Source of the DNA: Candidatus Methanosuratincola mesotaenarum
Lineage (GTDB): Archaea; Thermoproteota; Methanomethylicia; Methanomethylicales; Methanomethylicaceae
Direction: 5' to 3'
Assembly (NCBI GenBank): GCA_038801705.1
Contig: JAULTC010000002.1
Span: forward strand, 3,072 to 67,071
Length of the DNA stretch: 64,000 bases
The position numbers and the translations under genes were made by a program. The notes under the pieces were generated by a model. It saw only the letters and a list, made by a program, of their open reading frames with translations. It was not told the origin of the DNA and did not search any database. Shown here in pieces: positions 1 to 10,376 of this stretch (position 1 is its first letter; the number at the start of each line of letters is the position of its first letter).

Positions 1-294
1 TCTATGTTACGCTTTAGCAGCGTACCCATGGGCCCGAAGTCCAGAAAGCCTGCGACCCCGCCGTAAATCTCGGATGAAGGCCAGAAGAAGCCCCGCCTCC
101 TTCCAAGCTCCACTATTTTATCGTATTTATCCATTGGAATGCCCTCGCAAGCCAGTCAGAATGATTAGTTACAGGGATATATGTATATTCATATCCACCT
201 GATCGTGTGGGGCAGGATCCCTTTTTAGTTGGGTATATATACGACCCCTGTAAGGCATAGGGTAGCTGCCATTTGGAAATTGAGAGTGGTAAAA

Positions 295-1185
295 ATGCCT
301 AATGCACCATTCTATCTTGACTCCCAGCTCGCTTATTTCGGAGGGTTCAAGAGGGAGTATGCAGACGCCGAATTTGCACTCTTTGGGGTTCCCTTCGATT
401 GCACATCAAGCTACAGACCAGGGTCCAGATTCGGCCCAAATGCAATAAGGGAGGCCTCTTCGAATATCGAAACTTGGTCTTGGAGAACGGGAATTGATTT
501 CGAGGACGTGAAGGTTCACGATCTAGGCAACCTCGCTGTGGTTTACGGCGACGCTGCCGAGACCATAAGGAGGGTCGCAGATACGGTCGAGGACATAAAC
601 TCGACAAGGAAAGTGCCTGTGATGATGGGAGGGGAACACCTCGTGACGCTGGGTTCAGCAAAGGCCCTAAAGGACTGCACTTTCATATCTTTCGATGCCC
701 ACTTCGATCTTAGAGACGAGTACCTCTCGAATAAGCTCTCCCATGCTTGCGTGATGAAGCGCATCATAGAGGAGGAGGGTAAGGACAGGGTAATCCCATG
801 CGGAGTTAGGGCTACCTTTGGAGAGGAGGTGAGATGGGTCAAGGAAAACGGCATAAGGTACTTGACCTCGAGGGATCTGCTGAGGGAGGGCGTAAACTCT
901 TCCTCTTTGTGGCTGAAGGAGCAGATCAAGGACGCTGGAAAAATTTACATCAGTATCGACATGGATGTGATTGACCCGGCGTATGCCTCAGGCGTTGGTA
1001 ACCCAGAACCTGAGGGGATCACCCCAAGTCTGCTACTCGATATTCTGGCAGACCTCATAGACGACAGGGTCGTAGGGTTCGATTTGGTCGAGGTGGCACC
1101 ACCATACGACAATGGAAACACTGCGATCTTGGCTGCTAAGATGATATCTGAGGTCTGTATGATGATAAAACAGGCGTGGCGCTGA
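295..1185 (+). CDS. speB: agmatinase / arginase-family ureohydrolase
   Basis: Arginase-fold metal-binding motifs GGEHLVTLG, DAHFDLRD and SIDMDVIDPAYASGVGNPEPEGI. The ORF opens at 229, but the conserved N-terminus begins at MPNAPFYLD (ATG 295). Confidence 0.8.
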   Translation: MPNAPFYLDSQLAYFGGFKREYADAEFALFGVPFDCTSSYRPGSRFGPNAIREASSNIETWSWRTGIDFEDVKVHDLGNLAVVYGDAAETIRRVADTVEDINSTRKVPVMMGGEHLVTLGSAKALKDCTFISFDAHFDLRDEYLSNKLSHACVMKRIIEEEGKDRVIPCGVRATFGEEVRWVKENGIRYLTSRDLLREGVNSSSLWLKEQIKDAGKIYISIDMDVIDPAYASGVGNPEPEGITPSLLLDILADLIDDRVVGFDLVEVAPPYDNGNTAILAAKMISEVCMMIKQAWR

Positions 1186-1191
1186 ATCAGA

Positions 1192-1338
1192 TCAGCGTGC
1201 ATTTGTCTCTCTTATGATGGGAGATCTCGACTTGTAAAGAATCCTGTGGCCGCATACGGGGCACCTGATTCCTGGCAGACCCATGAGTTCGTTGCTGTCT
1301 ATGGTCTTTCCGCATTTCTCACAGAGGTAGGTTGCCAT
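1192..1338 (-). CDS. rpoP: DNA-directed RNA polymerase subunit P (Rpo12/RpoP)
   Basis: 48-aa zinc ribbon MATYLCEKCGK...IRCPVCGHRILYKSR, the typical archaeal RpoP length and CxxC...CxxC pattern. The longer ORF extends to 1401, but the internal ATG gives the canonical size. Confidence 0.7.
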   Translation of the reverse strand: MATYLCEKCGKTIDSNELMGLPGIRCPVCGHRILYKSRSPIIRETNAR

Positions 1339-1552
1339 GTTCAACATCCGAACAATAGAGAATGTTCCCTGTTTAAAAGCATTGCGAAAGCAATCGATCA
1401 AACAGTAGCAGTCAAATATCTGGGGGCGAGGTTGTGATCCGCCTCCCCTTTCTTTTTAGAAAGGACTGGGCTTCAGAAGTGGATAACTCTGCCCGATCCG
1501 ATTGGGGGCGGTTAAAAATAAAAAAGATGGCTGCAAATAGGTCAATACCATT

Positions 1553-3202
1553 ATGGGGGCGATGCTGATCATAACAATGAATTTCGCTTATTTAAGATTC
1601 AAGGATAGCGCAAGCAGGGCGCTTTCTCCAGATCAGTGTGATGTGGTAGCGATACTCAAGGCCTCGAACTTATTTGGGAAGAGGTGGAGGAGCGTACTCA
1701 AGCTCTTCAAGGAGGAGAAGAGGATAGATTCCATTTTCAGGGTTTATTACCCCATCTATCTGGTCAGGATTCAAGGCAAGATAATAGCGGTCGATGGCAT
1801 TGGGATTCAGGAGACACGCTTCAATGAGGACGGGCTTTTTGAAGGGGCAATACTCAACACGAGAACAGTTTTCCAGCCTGTCTTCGGCACCGATCTCTGC
1901 AACTGGCTCGGCGAGTGGCACGAGACCTCATCCGAAGCGGAGGAGATACGGAACGGGTTCGCGATCTCACCGGTACTCTCGAAGGATGAAGCCACGAATG
2001 CTGCAACCGAAGTCATGATGATCCATGACTCAGATTTGCAAGTGATTGAGAAGATTGAGAAGGAAATTTCAGCATTGAACGATCAATACAACCGAGCCCA
2101 GCTGGAGCTGACGGAGCGACAGAAGGCGTTGCTTGACGAATTTGACAGAAAAATCTCGCTTAAAGGCACCGAGATAGAGGGGCTGGAGACATACAGTGAG
2201 ATGAAAACGATAGAAGAGTTGAAGGCGAACTTCGGCAAAAAGCTTGAGTCGATAAGGAGTCGGAAGATGGAGATAGAGAGGAGGAGGAAAGAGATCACGG
2301 GCAGGATCTCGGAGCTGGAGAAGGAGAAGGAGAAACTGCTCTCAAGAAAAGAGGCACTGTCCAGAAGGGCATCTGCTCTGAATCGAAGGCTAGAGAGCCT
2401 GCTGGGTGAGCGGGAGAAGCTGAACGCAGGTGGAGCGGGTCCGAAAATGATCAATGAGAACATAACCAACGCCGAAAAGATCAGCCGGGAGGTCGACAAG
2501 CTCCAGAGAGAGATCGAGGGCTGTGTATCGAGATTCAACAAGGTCGTTGCAGAGATTGGGATTCTGACGGAAAGTTTTAAAGAGCTCGAGAGGGAGCTGG
2601 CAACCCTAAATGAAAAAGAGCGCCTTCTCCCCTCTAAGGAGGAGGAAGAGGTCGACAAAGTTCACAGGTGCTTTTCAGGCAGGCGCGAGATCCTTGTGAA
2701 AGAGCTGATGGAGCTGACCGAAGAGAAGGAGCGGGGCATGATGGAACTCAGAGCCGAGGAGAAACAAGAGAGGATAAGGTACAGCGATAAGCTCCGGAGG
2801 CTGCAGTTCCTGCTGGCTAAGGCTAAAGAAGATTATCAAGCCGCAAGATCAATAATGATCCAGGACGAGGATGGGGAAGAGTGGGAGACGGAGATGATCC
2901 AGATACCCTTCTATGTTTACATCTCCGATGGTGAATTCAGAACCATTGAACCCCAGATTATCATAGGAGAGCATGGCAAGGTAGTGAAGTCCGGCGGTAC
3001 CTGCCTAGTGCAGGGAGGAGGCGAGTACCTGCAAGCAAACTGGGATGCACTCGCGGTGCTCCTCTTCAAAGCCAGGGACAGTTTCAATCTTCTATCCCTC
3101 GAAAACCGGAGGAGGATAATCGCGGCTGCAGAGTCGCTCAGGTCGATGGGGGTCATAAATAACTTCCAGCTGTCGTACATCATGGCGGTTGAGACAAAAT
3201 GA
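1553..3202 (+). CDS. hypothetical protein with long central coiled coil (no recognisable catalytic motif)
   Basis: 549-aa ORF. Residues ~160-430 are E/K/R/L-rich heptad-like, flanked by globular N- and C-terminal domains. The stop overlaps the start of the downstream glycosyltransferase (ATGA). Confidence 0.5.
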   Translation: MGAMLIITMNFAYLRFKDSASRALSPDQCDVVAILKASNLFGKRWRSVLKLFKEEKRIDSIFRVYYPIYLVRIQGKIIAVDGIGIQETRFNEDGLFEGAILNTRTVFQPVFGTDLCNWLGEWHETSSEAEEIRNGFAISPVLSKDEATNAATEVMMIHDSDLQVIEKIEKEISALNDQYNRAQLELTERQKALLDEFDRKISLKGTEIEGLETYSEMKTIEELKANFGKKLESIRSRKMEIERRRKEITGRISELEKEKEKLLSRKEALSRRASALNRRLESLLGEREKLNAGGAGPKMINENITNAEKISREVDKLQREIEGCVSRFNKVVAEIGILTESFKELERELATLNEKERLLPSKEEEEVDKVHRCFSGRREILVKELMELTEEKERGMMELRAEEKQERIRYSDKLRRLQFLLAKAKEDYQAARSIMIQDEDGEEWETEMIQIPFYVYISDGEFRTIEPQIIIGEHGKVVKSGGTCLVQGGGEYLQANWDALAVLLFKARDSFNLLSLENRRRIIAAAESLRSMGVINNFQLSYIMAVETK

Positions 3203-4455
3203 AGGTCCTATATGCAAGTCAGTCTTTCCTGCCTAGCACAGGCGGGGTTTCGTACTATCTCATGTGGCTGGGGAGGAGGCTAAAGGAAGCTGGGCACGAG
3301 GTCGTGTTCGTTAATATGAAGCCGCCGAAGGGCTCGTCGAAGGAAGAAATAGCAGGGTTCAAGGTGTTCAGGGTCCCTGACGAAGGCGAGTTTGACCATG
3401 ACATGCTCAATGGCTACTCGAAGTTCAAGGAGCTCATACTGAAGGTCTTCCACAACAGGCAGGTCCCAGTCGACATGTTTTACAATAAGCACCTCTACGG
3501 CTACAACGAGTATGCGAAGGTTAACGACGCTTTTCAGAGGGTGATATGCGAGGCCGCAGACGCTGAGGGGCCGGACATCATCCACATCCACGATTTCCAG
3601 CTCCTCCCTTGCCTGACATCCCTCAAGGACAAGCCCTGGCCATTGGTATTCACGTGGCATGTCCCGTTCACCGAGGAGGTTCATCAGGCATGGAGGGAGG
3701 CGATAGTAGAATACATGAGAAATGCTTCAAGCGCGATATTTTCAACGAAGGGATACACAAGTGCAGCAATAAAGTCCGGCCTCCCGTTCAACAGGGTGAG
3801 CACGATTCCGCCGTTCATAGACGTTGAACAGCCAAGGGCGAGGTTCAGGGAAAAGTTTGGAATAGGGGACGGCGTGAAGGTCATAATATGTGTCGCCAGG
3901 ATGGACCGGTTCAAGGGTCAAAGCGTCCTCCTCGAAGCAGCGGCGAAACTTGGCACTGACTATAGGCTCGTTTTCATCGGCAACGGCTCATTCAGCAAGG
4001 ATGTCCTGAAGGTGAAGGATAAGGAAAGCTACGGGAACGAGCTAAAGGAGAAGGCTAAAAGCGACGTTTACTCGGGCAGGGTGATCTTCACCGGGGCGGT
4101 TGACCGGGACCTCCTGATGGCAGCCTACAATGAGTGCGATCTCGTCGTGTTGCCATCTGTGCACGAAGGGTTTGGCCTTGCGATAACTGAGGGCATGGCG
4201 TATGGGAAGCCGGTTATTGGAGCTGCAGTCGGAGGGATACCGTCACAGATCTGGCCAGGCGTAAACGGCTACCTGGTCAGACCCAACGATCCGGAGTCCC
4301 TAGCCGATGCAATTCTCCACATCCTGAGAAATGACGACCTTGCAGAGGAGATGGGAAAGAACAGCAAGGCGATCTATGAAAAGTATTTCTCCTCAAAGCG
4401 CGGTGCACAGGACCACTTGCAGCTCTACAATAGAATACTCAAATTCGGGGTTTGA
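3199..4455 (+). CDS. glycosyltransferase family 4 (GT-B, group 1)
   Basis: C-terminal GT4 signature EGFGLAITEGMAYGKPVIGAAVGGIPSQI...GYLV. 418 aa. Confidence 0.8.
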   Translation: MKVLYASQSFLPSTGGVSYYLMWLGRRLKEAGHEVVFVNMKPPKGSSKEEIAGFKVFRVPDEGEFDHDMLNGYSKFKELILKVFHNRQVPVDMFYNKHLYGYNEYAKVNDAFQRVICEAADAEGPDIIHIHDFQLLPCLTSLKDKPWPLVFTWHVPFTEEVHQAWREAIVEYMRNASSAIFSTKGYTSAAIKSGLPFNRVSTIPPFIDVEQPRARFREKFGIGDGVKVIICVARMDRFKGQSVLLEAAAKLGTDYRLVFIGNGSFSKDVLKVKDKESYGNELKEKAKSDVYSGRVIFTGAVDRDLLMAAYNECDLVVLPSVHEGFGLAITEGMAYGKPVIGAAVGGIPSQIWPGVNGYLVRPNDPESLADAILHILRNDDLAEEMGKNSKAIYEKYFSSKRGAQDHLQLYNRILKFGV

Positions 4456-4468
4456 GGGGGAAGTTCCA

Positions 4469-5731
4469 ATGAAAGGCGGCGGCATATTAAGCGGATTCTA
4501 TAGGAAGGGGGTCGACGAGAGGATAGAGATACTAAAGGAAATCTCGGGGCTTGGAGAAGAGGACATCCGTAGGCTCAAGGAAGGGCTAACCATCGAGACT
4601 GCGAATGTTATGGTTGAGAACGTCGTGGGGATGTTCCAGCTCCCGCTTGGGATCGCTACAAACCTGAAGGTGAACGACAGGGACTACCTTGTCCCGATGG
4701 CAACAGAGGAGGCCTCTGTGGTTGCAGCCGCGAGCCACGCAGCCAAGCTGGCTCTGCCAGAGGGGTTCAAGGCATCCAGCACGAGGCCTGTAGTGCGCGG
4801 GCAGGTCCAAGTGATCGGGCTCGATGATCTGGAAGCATCTTCCCTGAGGATCCTGGCCGCTAGGGAGGGGCTGATAAGGGAGGCGAACCAATTTGCAGGA
4901 TCGCTCCCTAATATGGGTGGAGGGGTAATTGACCTAAAAGTCAAGACGTTTGAGAGACCAAGGAGGATGCTCGTGGCCGAGTTTTATATCGACTGCAGGG
5001 ACGCGATGGGGGCAAACGCGGTTAATACAGTTGTGGAGGGGATCGCCCCGAGGATCGAGGATCTCACAGGGGGCAGGAGCCTGCTGAGGATCCTGTCTAA
5101 CCTCACCACCGAAAGGATGGCCCGATCCAGCGTGGTCTACAGGCGAGATGCCATAGGGGACGAAATTATCGAGGGGATCATCGCGGCATACGACTTCGCT
5201 ATTGCGGACCCGTACCGTGCAGCGACTCACAACAAGGGGATTATGAACGGGATAACGGCGGCGACGATAGCCACAGGAAACGACTCTAGGGCAGTGGAGG
5301 CAGGGGCCCATGCTTATGCCGCACTCTCTGGGAGGTACCTCCCGCTGTCCAAGTGGCGGAGGGACAATAAAGAGAATCTTGTAGGAGAACTTGAGCTCCC
5401 CTTGGCGCTTGGAACGGTCGGTGGCGCCACAAGGGTCCACCCTGTCGCCCAGACCGCGCTGAAGATACTCGGCGTGAGTGGTGCTGGCGAGCTTGCAGAG
5501 GTAGTATGCTCGGTCGGGCTCGCACAGAACTTTGCGGCATTGAGGGCGCTTGTGAGCGAAGGGATCCAGAAGGGGCATATGAGGCTCCATTCCAAGAATG
5601 TGGCGATCATGGCAGGGGCTGTGGGGGGCGAGATCGACAGGGTCGCCCGAATTATGGTTGCTGAAGGCAATGTGAGGGCCTCCAGGGCAAAGGAGATTTT
5701 GGATGAGATCAGGGGGAGCCCCTCAGGCTAG
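4469..5731 (+). CDS. hmgA: 3-hydroxy-3-methylglutaryl-CoA reductase
   Basis: ENVVGMFQLPLGIA, DAMGANAVNT and GTVGGAT motifs. The ATG at 4469 is preceded by GGGGGAAG. The ORF opens further upstream (4331). Confidence 0.85.
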   Translation: MKGGGILSGFYRKGVDERIEILKEISGLGEEDIRRLKEGLTIETANVMVENVVGMFQLPLGIATNLKVNDRDYLVPMATEEASVVAAASHAAKLALPEGFKASSTRPVVRGQVQVIGLDDLEASSLRILAAREGLIREANQFAGSLPNMGGGVIDLKVKTFERPRRMLVAEFYIDCRDAMGANAVNTVVEGIAPRIEDLTGGRSLLRILSNLTTERMARSSVVYRRDAIGDEIIEGIIAAYDFAIADPYRAATHNKGIMNGITAATIATGNDSRAVEAGAHAYAALSGRYLPLSKWRRDNKENLVGELELPLALGTVGGATRVHPVAQTALKILGVSGAGELAEVVCSVGLAQNFAALRALVSEGIQKGHMRLHSKNVAIMAGAVGGEIDRVARIMVAEGNVRASRAKEILDEIRGSPSG

Positions 5732-6019
5732 AGACATGGCTCCCACTGAACATTAGGAGACTACACACTTGGGATCGCATCCCCAATTTCATTGACTATG
5801 GGACTTGCATTCCTTCGGGCGCATGTGCTAAAACCCAGGACGGAACACGGCGCAGTTGCCGCACGCTACGATTATTATCAACAATCAGCACTCTCTTCAA
5901 GTAAGATATGCACCACTGATGGGGAGGCATACTGGTTATATAGAATTCTTGTCTAGTGATCGTTTGTGGTCAGGTTGGGTTTCGAGAAGCTTGCTGGAAT
6001 CGCTGCGGTGCTCAGGAAT

Positions 6020-6541
6020 ATGCCAAGGACGGGCTGGCTCCAAAGGGGCGTGCCTAGGAGTGTGGCAGAAACGGTTGCGGAGCACACATTCATGGTTGCA
6101 TTGATCCTTAGCTACATCTCATCCAGTTGCAGATCAAGGCAGTTGGATCGAGAGAGCATGATCCTCATGGGGATAATGCACGACATTGGAGAGGCGGTCA
6201 CGGGGGACATCCCAAGGAGCCTCACTGAAAAAATGGGGAAGGGGACCAAAGAGGGGATCGAATCTGAAATAATCAAAGGGATCTTTGATGATCCTGACGG
6301 CGGCAGACTCGCAGAGCTGTTCTTGGAGTATTTGGAAAGGAAGACCACAGAGGCCAAGATTGTAAAGTTCGCAGATCTGGTAGCCACGCTCAGACAGGCG
6401 GAGACCTATTTCGAAAGAGGATTCCCTATGGGCGATATAATCAACTCTTGTAGGGAGGAGGCACGGGCAATCGTCGAGGAGATTGACGAGGAGGATCTTA
6501 AGACTCTTTTGACGAGGGCTCTTGGGGCGAAAGACAGATAA
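6020..6541 (+). CDS. HD-domain phosphohydrolase (YfbR-like 5'-nucleotidase family)
   Basis: H..HD metal motif (AEHTFMVAL ... GIMHDIGEAVTGD). The ATG at 6020 gives the usual N-terminus; the ORF opens with GTG at 5966. Confidence 0.7.
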   Translation: MPRTGWLQRGVPRSVAETVAEHTFMVALILSYISSSCRSRQLDRESMILMGIMHDIGEAVTGDIPRSLTEKMGKGTKEGIESEIIKGIFDDPDGGRLAELFLEYLERKTTEAKIVKFADLVATLRQAETYFERGFPMGDIINSCREEARAIVEEIDEEDLKTLLTRALGAKDR

Positions 6542-6564
6542 ATCGATCGGAGTATCCGGTAAGT

Positions 6565-6846
6565 ATGGCAAAAGAAGATGAAAATCGGTGCGAGAAGGTG
6601 TCCGAAGAAGGCGAAGAAAGGCAATACTACATGCCTATCCCGGCAGGGACTCCCTACTCAGTGATTGCTGAGGCAGCGAACAGATTCGGGGTCGAGCTGA
6701 CGGAGAAAGAGGTTATCGTTCCAGGGATAGGGGAGAACGAGGCTGCGCCGCTTGCATGGGTGCTCGTCGGAAGCAGGGAAAACCTCGAGAAGGCCCATGA
6801 GTTCATAGTAAAAAAAATGACCGAGATGTTAGAGAAGTTCAGGTAG
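6565..6846 (+). CDS. hypothetical small protein
   Basis: 93-aa ORF convergent with the mcrDC operon. No recognisable motif. Confidence 0.35.
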   Translation: MAKEDENRCEKVSEEGEERQYYMPIPAGTPYSVIAEAANRFGVELTEKEVIVPGIGENEAAPLAWVLVGSRENLEKAHEFIVKKMTEMLEKFR

Positions 6847-7345
6847 GAGCAGTACCACCCATATGGGCGCTTAGCCGCCTGTCCTCTTCCTGCAGCTCGC
6901 TCTGCAGATTCTTTACAATCTTCGAGACCGAGGCGAGGAAGATCTGCTCGACTGCCCTTCCGAGTGAGGCGCCAAGCGCCTCGCAGAGGTCCGAGAACTT
7001 CTCAGAATTCTTGTCCAGGAAAGAGTAGAAAGACTCCGCCATCGCCTGATAAAGATCCTCAGCCAGTTCGGAGTTGATGTGTTCTCCAGAGATCTCCATC
7101 GAGAATTCGAGCGCGTATAGGTCAGGACCGTTTCCTGTCCCAGGGATCCGCCTAACCAGTTCTGAACCTACCAGATTTTCCAGCCGGTCTGCAGCATCCT
7201 TGTCACTGATCATCAGGATATCGGAGAGCTGATCACGCGTCAGGGGACCTCTCCGAAGGGAGAGCAAGACCTCGCGGGATTTTTCGTCCAGCAGGGCACC
7301 ACAGACTTCTGCAAGTTTTTCATCAGGAACTACTAGACACACCAT
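6839..7345 (-). CDS. winged-helix transcriptional regulator (last gene of mcrD-mcrC operon)
   Basis: wHTH-like segment REVLLSLRRGPLTRDQLSDILMISDKDAADRLENLVGSELVRRI. Overlaps the 3' end of the upstream gene, consistent with co-transcription. Confidence 0.5.
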   Translation of the reverse strand: MVCLVVPDEKLAEVCGALLDEKSREVLLSLRRGPLTRDQLSDILMISDKDAADRLENLVGSELVRRIPGTGNGPDLYALEFSMEISGEHINSELAEDLYQAMAESFYSFLDKNSEKFSDLCEALGASLGRAVEQIFLASVSKIVKNLQSELQEEDRRLSAHMGGTAPT

Positions 7346-7793
7346 TCTTATCACCAAGAGACTTCAGGAATGATCTTATCTTCGAAACCATTATCTTTGC
7401 ATCGTCTTCCGTGCGCGGGTACGGAACGGTAACCACAGGGATATTCCTTCGCTTTAATAGGTATCGGATGAATTCGTTGGTCCTACCACAGCTGGCACAA
7501 CCGAAGAGGGCATCGGACTCCTCCACCACGATTGCGGCATCGGCTTCCTCTATCAGCGGACCTATTAGGGCGATCCGACCCCTCACTCCGGACGGGACCT
7601 CAATCGCAGCGTACTTCAGCCCCTTCCTAGGAAATTCTGGGGTGATGTTCATCGGAGGAGAGTCAATCTCTGGTTTCGAGAGGTTCTTTGCGACTTCCTC
7701 GCCGAGGCCCAGGGGCGTGTGTCCCTCGCGCGTTACGAGATCGTAAAGGATCAGGCTGTTGGGTGGGAATATGAAAACTTTAGCCAACATCAT
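7323..7793 (-). CDS. conserved hypothetical protein co-transcribed with mcrC (possible methanogenesis-marker family, unassigned)
   Basis: 156 aa with a GCASCGRTNEF motif. The start overlaps the mcrC stop by 14 nt. Confidence 0.45.
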   Translation of the reverse strand: MMLAKVFIFPPNSLILYDLVTREGHTPLGLGEEVAKNLSKPEIDSPPMNITPEFPRKGLKYAAIEVPSGVRGRIALIGPLIEEADAAIVVEESDALFGCASCGRTNEFIRYLLKRRNIPVVTVPYPRTEDDAKIMVSKIRSFLKSLGDKNGVSSSS

Positions 7794-8448
7794 TCCTCCC
7801 GAGCATCACTTCTTTACTGTCTATCTTGCTTAACCAAAACTTCACTTTTATCACTATCTCGTTCAGCTTTTCCCTCGGGCAGCTGACGCCACGGACGACG
7901 CCAGTAACGACATCCAAAATCACCCCAGCGCACTCGACCTTGCCAGGCGGGGGTCTCACTAGCCTGGTGATTATTCCGACCTTTGCAAAGTCCTCGTAAT
8001 CCACAGGAGCTTCGCAGACCACTATCGCAGGGATGTCAACATACCGGAGGAATGACTTTGCCTTGTGAACCACATGACCGCTGATCCCGCCAAGATGGAT
8101 GAGGGCCAGCTTGAAGCGCTTGATCTGGAAGACTTCCTTCTCGTTTATGCCAGCCATCGATCCTCCAGGGGCCCCCCCATATGGGGAGTCGGGAGGCACG
8201 CCGGAGCCTGACTCGAGTACCAGAACGCTGGTCCGTATCTTCTGCTCCCTGAGCCCGTATGTGATCTCGCAGATGGGCTTGGTTATATGCCGCTTGGAAG
8301 GGGACATCGCAATTGCAACTACCTCAAAGCTCTCAGACTCGGAGATTGTCCCCCGCTGGGCTAGACCACCCCCTTCGCCAATGCCCATCGATTCTCTGCA
8401 GTCGACGATCTGCACATCCCTGCCCATCGAGTCCTGCAATTGGTTCAC
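7780..8448 (-). CDS. mcrC: methyl-coenzyme M reductase operon protein C
   Basis: Strong similarity to remembered McrC sequences: VDCRESMGIGEGGGLAQRGT, HITKPICEITYGLR, TSVLVLESGSGVP, IVVCEAPVDYED, VVTGVVRG. Overlaps mcrD by 4 nt. Confidence 0.8.
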   Translation of the reverse strand: MNQLQDSMGRDVQIVDCRESMGIGEGGGLAQRGTISESESFEVVAIAMSPSKRHITKPICEITYGLREQKIRTSVLVLESGSGVPPDSPYGGAPGGSMAGINEKEVFQIKRFKLALIHLGGISGHVVHKAKSFLRYVDIPAIVVCEAPVDYEDFAKVGIITRLVRPPPGKVECAGVILDVVTGVVRGVSCPREKLNEIVIKVKFWLSKIDSKEVMLGRNDVG

Positions 8449-8771
8449 CTTTCGAGTCCACGTATGTAGTCCTTGACTGTCGGCTTCGGCTTAGTGAATT
8501 GCCCTATACGCATGTCGTAACCATAAGGCATTGTCTGGTCACAGACCGGCCTCAGCTTTGCTATGATCTCTTCGGGAGAGAAACCGGCTTTCACGACAAT
8601 GATGAACCTGCCCGTGAGAGACCCTCCGCCGGAGTACCTGGGACCTTGGGTCAGAACCTCCTCAACCCCCTCGGTATCACGCATTATTGCAGCCAAGTCC
8701 TTTGCCTTCTTGTCGCTCATTAGCCTCCTGGGCATGACCTCGATTTCCCTGAACTCAGCTTGCTGAAACAT
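8445..8771 (-). CDS. mcrD: methyl-coenzyme M reductase operon protein D
   Basis: EIEVMPRRL N-terminus and C-terminal GRFIIVVKAGF...YGYDMRIGQFTKPKPTVKDYIRG, matching the remembered McrD (GRFWILLG...GKFTKTKPTVTDYIKYG). Confidence 0.75.
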   Translation of the reverse strand: MFQQAEFREIEVMPRRLMSDKKAKDLAAIMRDTEGVEEVLTQGPRYSGGGSLTGRFIIVVKAGFSPEEIIAKLRPVCDQTMPYGYDMRIGQFTKPKPTVKDYIRGLER

Positions 8772-8840
8772 TCCGGATCACTAACCTATAAATTAATCAG
8801 GGATTTAATAATCTAGTGCTACCGCTGGAGTGGGATCCCA
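8772..8840. promoter_or_regulatory. divergent promoter region between mcrD and mmp3-like operon
   Basis: 69-bp AT-rich spacer containing TATAAATTAAT and TTTAATAAT elements between oppositely oriented start codons. Confidence 0.4.
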
Positions 8841-10376
8841 TTGAAGGTCACTGTGAATGGAAAGGAGGTCGAGGCTGAAGGAGGGGAAAGCCTAAAATCG
8901 ATGCTGGAGAGGTCTGGTGCGAATGTGAGAAAGGGATGTATCATCGCAGTCAAGAAGATGGTAAAGGATGAGAGCATCGAAACGAACCTCTTTGAGATCA
9001 ATACCACTAAGGGCAGAATGGTGCTCAGGGTGGAGTGCGGAGGGATCCTCGAGAAGTGGAGGAATGCCTGCCACGGCTTTGAGGGGACGGGCGCGAGGTG
9101 GGCAACGAAGGACGCAGTGGTCTTTGGACCGACCATATTCGACGCCCAGCCCTCGATGGATCCAGTCACACTCGGAAGGTACGAAGTGACGCTGAGCCTC
9201 TCAGGGCTCAGCAAGGAGAATACTCACCTAGTCTTCTCAAGGCGGCCGCACTCGGCTTCCTACTATGCGCCCAAGGGTTGTTCTCTCTTGGGGAGAGTGG
9301 TCTACGGCAGGCACCTGATCGGGCTGCTCAGGATGGGAGACAGGATCCTGTCCGTGAAGCCCATAATCGAGTTCAGGGAGCTGGCAAAGTCGTTGATCAG
9401 GGGAGAGATGGGGTCTAGAGTCGAAGAGGGGGACAGAATCTACACCGAGGTCGGGATAGAGCTCGACTACGACTCCCCGGTCTGTGGAGAGCAGGCATAC
9501 AATGTACTGGAGGAAGGCATCCTCAATGTTTCATCAGAGACAGGGAGCTATGTCTGCAATGACGAGCATAGGGTGACCGCGCTCCCAGTAGAGAAGATCG
9601 GGGTTAGGAAGAGAGGAACCTTCACGATAAGGAATTCTGGAGAGAGAGTGGGCGCGGCATACATCTACAAGAAGGATGCGCCGCTAGTCCAGTCGCATAC
9701 GATCGTAGGCAGGATCTTCGACGGGAACGAGCTTGTGGATCTGGCAAAGGAGGGGGATCGCCTGGCGGTAACTGTCAGGCCGCCTAGAATCGATCTGCTT
9801 GGGAAGAGGCTCTCCGAGGCGAGGAGAATCCTTGAGGCATTGGGTGTAAAGCTGGAGGTAGATGGGGAGGGGAGGGATTCGGATGAGGAAGTGATCGTCG
9901 AGAATGAACCGCAGAACTCCCTCGAGATTTACAAGACGGGATCGGTCAGGTGCAAGGTGATTAACCCCCAGAGCATCCTGAAGATCAGGCTATACGAGAA
10001 GGCAGCCCCGAACTCCACCAAGTACTTCAAGGCAGCCACAGGGCTCGAGCGGAAGAAGTTCGGAAAGCTGAGGGTCTATTTCGCAACGCCGAGGATGGAG
10101 ATGGTCCTCTTCAAGGGGATAGACGAGATCGCAAAGGGTCTCAGGCCAGAGAACATGCCCTCTGGGAAGGTGGCTGCAGGCATGATAGGGATCACCAACA
10201 CGGCGAAGAAGTTTGCGGGGATGATTGGCATCAGGATCACTGAAAGCGATAAGTTTGGCCCCACGGCAGAGAGCTTCGACGGGACGAACCTTGTCGGGGA
10301 GGTGGTTGGGGAAATCAACCTCCTCAGGAGGCTTAAGGAGGGGGACGAGATCTACGTCCAGGAGTTGAGAGAATGA
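8841..10376 (+). CDS. methanogenesis marker protein 3-like (UPF0288 family)
   Basis: 511 aa with N-terminal MKVTVNGKEVEAEGGESL (beta-grasp-like start), the size expected for Mmp3. It is the first gene of an operon ending in atwA. Assignment is from memory of the family, not from alignment. Confidence 0.55.
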   Translation: MKVTVNGKEVEAEGGESLKSMLERSGANVRKGCIIAVKKMVKDESIETNLFEINTTKGRMVLRVECGGILEKWRNACHGFEGTGARWATKDAVVFGPTIFDAQPSMDPVTLGRYEVTLSLSGLSKENTHLVFSRRPHSASYYAPKGCSLLGRVVYGRHLIGLLRMGDRILSVKPIIEFRELAKSLIRGEMGSRVEEGDRIYTEVGIELDYDSPVCGEQAYNVLEEGILNVSSETGSYVCNDEHRVTALPVEKIGVRKRGTFTIRNSGERVGAAYIYKKDAPLVQSHTIVGRIFDGNELVDLAKEGDRLAVTVRPPRIDLLGKRLSEARRILEALGVKLEVDGEGRDSDEEVIVENEPQNSLEIYKTGSVRCKVINPQSILKIRLYEKAAPNSTKYFKAATGLERKKFGKLRVYFATPRMEMVLFKGIDEIAKGLRPENMPSGKVAAGMIGITNTAKKFAGMIGIRITESDKFGPTAESFDGTNLVGEVVGEINLLRRLKEGDEIYVQELRE

